From assembly GCA_041592495.1 (NCBI GenBank), contig JBFHPZ010000001.1:1-57515 (forward strand): DNA of 57,515 nt, written 5' to 3'. This DNA is from Gammaproteobacteria bacterium. Lineage in GTDB: Bacteria > Pseudomonadota > Gammaproteobacteria > SZUA-229. A model generated the notes under the pieces. The model was not told the origin of the DNA. It did not search any database and worked only from the letters and a program-made list of their open reading frames with translations. The position numbers and the translations under genes were made by a program. Each line of letters begins with the position of its first letter. Within the stretch, counting starts at the first letter, position 1. Below are positions 54,021 to 57,515 of this stretch, piece by piece.

Positions 54021-55748
54021 ATGCCGCGCATCATCGCAATAACCAGTGGCAAGGGGGGGGTTGGTAAAACCAATCTCAGTGTCAATCTTGCCTCGGCCCT
54101 CGCCAGGGCTGGTCAACGGGTTGTTCTCCTGGATGCCGATCTCGGCCTGGCGAATGCCAATATCCTGCTCGACTTCAAGCCGGAACAAACCCTGGAAGAC
54201 GTGCTCGATGGTACCTGTAATCTCCCCGATATTCTGATTCCTGCCATGGATAACCTGTGGGTGATTCCGGGCAGCTCCGGTATCCAGCGCATGGCGCATG
54301 CCGCCCCCGAGGAACTTGCGAAGCTGAGCGAGGCTTTTGCCTCCATGGATCCGTTCGATTACTTCCTCATTGATACATCATCGGGCATTGCGGATAACGT
54401 CATCAAACTGGTGCTGGCCGCGCGCGAGACCTTGTTGGTTATGACGCCGGAACCAACGTCGCTGACTGATGGCTATGCCATGTTAAAGCTGCTGAAACAA
54501 TCGGACTATGCGGGCGATGTCCAGGTGGTCATCAATGCGGCGCGCAGCAAGACGCTGGCGGAAAGGACATTCGACAAGTTTCGTGCCGTGGCCCGTTCCT
54601 ACCTGCAGCTTGATGTCAGCATGATTGCGCATATTCCCTATGATCCGCGTTTGCCAGAGTCTGTCCGCGAGCAGGTGCCGTTGGTGGTGCAGCACCCTTA
54701 TGCACCGGCCTCCGGTGCGATCAACAAGCTGGCCGATACGCTCATCACACAAGACAGTATGCATCTGCAGTCCGAGCTGGATAGTTTCTGGCGGCAACTT
54801 GCGCCTGTCCCCGCGGACGACCAGGAAACTGTTGCCGAGAGTGCGCCTGTCGAGGAATCGCCAGCCACGCCAGATACGGTGAGTGAAACGCCCGAAACTC
54901 GCCGGTCCATGCGTGAGATGGAAGCCTTCATTGAGCGCATGGATTCCAAACTGGATGAACTTTTGAGCAAGATCGATCAGTTAACCGAACAGGTCGCGCA
55001 AACGTCAACAGCTCCTACCGTGCCTGAGCCAGTCACACAACCGCAGGTTATCTCGGAGTTCGAGGCCAATCTGCAGCGTCGAGGCCAACAAAGCCGCCGG
55101 GGCGGGGTACGACGCAACCTGCGGGCGGCGCCAATAGACCATGTTGAATTGCGTCGTGTTCTGGGACGAATGATTACCAAGGTTCACGAGGATAGCGTTA
55201 ATGGTCTGGTAAGAGTGGATATGGCGGATAAAAAGATAGCCGATTCCAATGAGCTGCGGCTCAAGCCAGGATTTTATTCAACCGTTAGCCTGATTTTCGA
55301 ACGCCAGGACCATCCTGATTACCTCGTGGAAGAAGTGCTGGAAACCTGTAATGTCGAGGGTTGTCAGGTGCAGTCAATCGGCTCAGAAAGACGCTACTGG
55401 TTAACCTGTGATGGCGATGGTGCGATTTACCTGCGGCCTTCAGATGAAAATAAACTCACTATTGAATTTTATCTGCCCAAGGGCGGCGACACGGAGAGAT
55501 TATTACAGACCGGTCGTCCAGAGGTGCCGGTGCTCAAACCCGAGAAACGTGCCACGGCCTCGCATGACGAGCATCGGGTTTCAGAACTAACTGCACGGTA
55601 TCAATCGCTACTGCGGCCAGAAGGCGAGAGCGACGCCGGGGTGAGCTTCTATCGTCTCGAACGTGAACGGCCGCCAGCTGTGGTTTTTGCATTTTCTGAG
55701 AGGGAAAAGAAGCAGGAAGCAGACTTTGAATCGGCAGCGGATTTTTGA
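54021..55748 (+). CDS. MinD/ParA-family ATPase with a roughly 320-aa C-terminal extension (acidic linker, coiled coil, PilZ-like motif pair)
   Basis: Deviant Walker A IIAITSGKGGVGKT, plus VVLLDADLGLAN and FLIDTSSG. ATG 54021 is preceded by AGGGTG; the track start 53973 is a GTG. The extension contains RRNLR (55110-55124) and, 21 aa later, EDSVNG (55188-55205). Confidence 0.7.
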   Translation: MPRIIAITSGKGGVGKTNLSVNLASALARAGQRVVLLDADLGLANANILLDFKPEQTLEDVLDGTCNLPDILIPAMDNLWVIPGSSGIQRMAHAAPEELAKLSEAFASMDPFDYFLIDTSSGIADNVIKLVLAARETLLVMTPEPTSLTDGYAMLKLLKQSDYAGDVQVVINAARSKTLAERTFDKFRAVARSYLQLDVSMIAHIPYDPRLPESVREQVPLVVQHPYAPASGAINKLADTLITQDSMHLQSELDSFWRQLAPVPADDQETVAESAPVEESPATPDTVSETPETRRSMREMEAFIERMDSKLDELLSKIDQLTEQVAQTSTAPTVPEPVTQPQVISEFEANLQRRGQQSRRGGVRRNLRAAPIDHVELRRVLGRMITKVHEDSVNGLVRVDMADKKIADSNELRLKPGFYSTVSLIFERQDHPDYLVEEVLETCNVEGCQVQSIGSERRYWLTCDGDGAIYLRPSDENKLTIEFYLPKGGDTERLLQTGRPEVPVLKPEKRATASHDEHRVSELTARYQSLLRPEGESDAGVSFYRLERERPPAVVFAFSEREKKQEADFESAADF

Positions 55749-55897
55749 GGGTAGGGTTGGTTCGGGCTCTGCTGCTATTTCAAAGGATAAAATAGTTGCT
55801 GATGAAAAAGGACTGAGTAGTCCGAGAATAATGAGAGTGGGGTAGTTATTTTGTTAACTTTTCCCTGAAGAAAAAATAATTAAAACGGGAGTCTACT

Positions 55898-57515
55898 GTG
55901 AAAAGATCTCAAATAAACATTTTCTGTGTAAGTCTGTTCTTCTCGCCTGTCTCTCAGGCAACTCAGTTAAGTACCAGTTATGACATCCACGTGCTTGGTT
56001 TTACGGATTCGGAACATACCCGAGAAACCGATGGTTATCGATATAGTAATTACAACTATCTGAATGAGGCGGGTCAGGTGGCCGGTTATGCCAACCGCTA
56101 CGGCGCGGGCGGAACTAACTTGGGTGGAAGTGCCTGGTTGTATAACGGCAGCAGCACGGTCAATATTGGATTCACCGATGCCGAGCATACTCGAATTACT
56201 GACGGCTATCGCTATAGCTCAACCAGTCAAATGAACGATGTGGGCCAGGTAGCCGGGAGTTCGTATCGCTATGGGGCTGACGGTGCCAGCTTGGGTTTTA
56301 GTGCCTGGCTGTACAATGGCATCAGCACGGTCAACATTGGCCTCACCGATGCCGAGCACACTCGAGATACCAATGGTTTCCGGAGTAGCTCTATCAGTGT
56401 ACTGAACGAAGCCGGCCAGGTGTCCGGTTATTCTAGCCGCCACGGGGCGGGTGGTACCGACCTGGGTTTTAGTGCCTGGTTGTATAACGGCAGCAGCACC
56501 GTCAACATCGGCCTCACCGATGCCGAGCATACACGCGTTACCGACGGCTATCGGTATACTGACATCAGACATATGAATGAAGTGGGGCACGTGGCTGGTA
56601 TTGCCTATCGCTATGGAGTGGGCGGAACTGACCTGGGAAAAAGCGTCTGGCTCTACAACAGCGGCGGTACGGTGAACATTGGTCTGATTGATACGGAGCA
56701 CACACGTGTTAACGATGGCTATCGTGAAAGTTACATCCGCCAAATGAACGAGGCTGGCCAGGTGGCCGGAGATGCTACTCGTTATGGAGTGGGTGGCGCG
56801 TACCAGGGTAAAAGTGCATGGCTCTATAGTGGTGGCACTACGGTAAACATAGGTCTGACTGATCAAGAGCACACTGACGGCTCCGATGGTCTTCGATATA
56901 GCAGCATTAGCCAAATGAACGAGGCGGGCCAGGTGGCCGGAACTTCTTATCGCTACTCAACTCGAGGAGGAATTCAAGGCCAAAGCGCCTGGCTATACGG
57001 TGGTGGCAGTACCGTAAATATTGGATTGACCGATGCCGAGCACACTAGGATTAGTGATGGCTATCGTAGTAGTTCTATCAACCAAATGAACGAGGCAGGT
57101 CAGGTAGCAGGTGACGCAGAACGCTTTGGTGCAAATGGCTGGAGCTTAGGAAAAAGTGCCTGGCTCTACAGCGGGGACAGCACGGTGAGCATTGGCCTGA
57201 CTGATGCAGAACATACCCGTGACACTGACGGTCTTCAGGCAAACTCTATCAACCGGATGAACGAGGCGGGCCAGGTAACCGGGTATGCTTCCCGCTACGG
57301 GGTGGGTGGCAAGTACCTGGGACGAAGCGCCTGGCTTTACAGTGATGGAAGTGCAGTGGAAGTGGGTCTTACAGATGCCGAGCGCACTCGGGACACTGAC
57401 GGCTACAGGGATAGCACCATCAGTAAATTGAACGAATTGGGCCAAGTGGCCGGTGTTGCAAATCGTTATGGTGCAGGCGGTACCAATCTGGGTCAAAGTG
57501 CTTGGTTTTACGACC
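55898..57515 (+). CDS. Secreted tandem-repeat protein (HAF-like extracellular repeats), 3' end outside the window
   Basis: GTG 55898 lies 6 nt after GGGAG. The N-terminus VKRSQINIFCVSLFFSPVSQA|TQ looks like a signal peptide. The frame stays open to the window edge (539 codons, no stop). It is missing from the ORF track because it has no stop. Confidence 0.75.
   Translation, partial: MKRSQINIFCVSLFFSPVSQATQLSTSYDIHVLGFTDSEHTRETDGYRYSNYNYLNEAGQVAGYANRYGAGGTNLGGSAWLYNGSSTVNIGFTDAEHTRITDGYRYSSTSQMNDVGQVAGSSYRYGADGASLGFSAWLYNGISTVNIGLTDAEHTRDTNGFRSSSISVLNEAGQVSGYSSRHGAGGTDLGFSAWLYNGSSTVNIGLTDAEHTRVTDGYRYTDIRHMNEVGHVAGIAYRYGVGGTDLGKSVWLYNSGGTVNIGLIDTEHTRVNDGYRESYIRQMNEAGQVAGDATRYGVGGAYQGKSAWLYSGGTTVNIGLTDQEHTDGSDGLRYSSISQMNEAGQVAGTSYRYSTRGGIQGQSAWLYGGGSTVNIGLTDAEHTRISDGYRSSSINQMNEAGQVAGDAERFGANGWSLGKSAWLYSGDSTVSIGLTDAEHTRDTDGLQANSINRMNEAGQVTGYASRYGVGGKYLGRSAWLYSDGSAVEVGLTDAERTRDTDGYRDSTISKLNELGQVAGVANRYGAGGTNLGQSAWFYD
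55988..57515 (+). repeat. At least 9 tandem copies of an exact 171-bp (57-aa) coding repeat
   Basis: The landmark agYgcNtggYt (S-A/V-W-L/F) recurs at 56129, 56300, 56471, 56642, 56813, 56984, 57155, 57326 and 57497, always 171 bp apart. Consensus: SAWLYxGxSTVNIGLTDAEHTRxTDGYRxSSIxQMNEAGQVAGxxxRYGxGGxxLGx. Confidence 0.9.

Noticed and set aside
55758-55773. Sigma54-like element TGGTTC-gggct-CTGCT about 125 nt upstream of the repeat-protein gene
   Set aside because: The GG/GC core spacing is right but the -24 box is poor (TGGTTC versus TGGCAC). It directly abuts the stop of the upstream gene. Worth a PWM scan, but too weak to call.
55967-57496. Three - strand ORFs in the track: 55967..56188, 56219..56914 and 57146..57496
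   Set aside because: They are fragments of the antisense frame of the 171-bp repeat array and are interrupted twice. The + strand frame is continuously open for 1.6 kb and has an RBS and a signal peptide. I consider the minus-strand ORFs artefacts.
1-57515. Search by eye for CRISPR arrays, tRNA or rRNA genes, and JUMPStart/ops (GGCGGTAG) elements
   Set aside because: No regularly spaced short direct repeats with unique spacers were seen. No cloverleaf-like or rRNA-like segments were noticed in the intergenic regions. No GGCGGTAG was found upstream of the EPS operons. tRNAscan, Infernal and CRISPR finders would be needed for certainty.

Overview
The window is probably from a gammaproteobacterium. 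It is dominated by a roughly 44-kb exopolysaccharide (EPS) / PEP-CTERM-exosortase locus at about 6.9-50.5 kb, flanked by ordinary genes. The left flank holds an IS3-family transposase tail, hypotheticals, rlmA and a VanZ-like gene. The right flank holds ycgL, a TatD-family hydrolase, an ArsJ-like MFS transporter and a thioredoxin.

Recognisable locus parts:
- a PEP-CTERM substrate gene with a sigma54-type promoter, lying divergent to prsK-prsR-prsT
- a split chain-length determinant / BY-kinase pair (epsF/epsG-like) and a distant LMW tyrosine phosphatase
- three NodB-type deacetylases and three FemAB/CelD-like transferases
- seven glycosyltransferases (five GT4, two GT2)
- a GMC oxidoreductase module, an ATP-grasp ligase, a PaaK/CapK-like adenylating enzyme, a sulfotransferase and a DegT-like aminotransferase
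- Wzx- and Wzy-like proteins and an exosortase fused to an EpsI-like domain
- a Wza-like exporter, an outer-membrane beta-barrel and the priming sugar transferase

Most interesting observations:
1. One FemAB-related protein carries an N-terminal segment that looks at sequence level like the seryl-tRNA synthetase tRNA-binding arm.
2. A secreted protein has a legumain/clan-CD-like His...Cys arrangement.
3. A roughly 12.5-kb AT-rich cassette contains the exosortase itself and an IS3 transposase remnant.
4. An open-ended + strand ORF is absent from the ORF track. It is built from exact 171-bp (57-aa) tandem repeats resembling HAF-type extracellular repeats.
5. A MinD/ParA ATPase carries a long C-terminal extension with a PilZ-like RxxxR...xSxxG motif pair.

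I saw no rRNA, tRNA or CRISPR array. All family assignments rest on motif recognition by eye and on memory of family signatures, not on searches.
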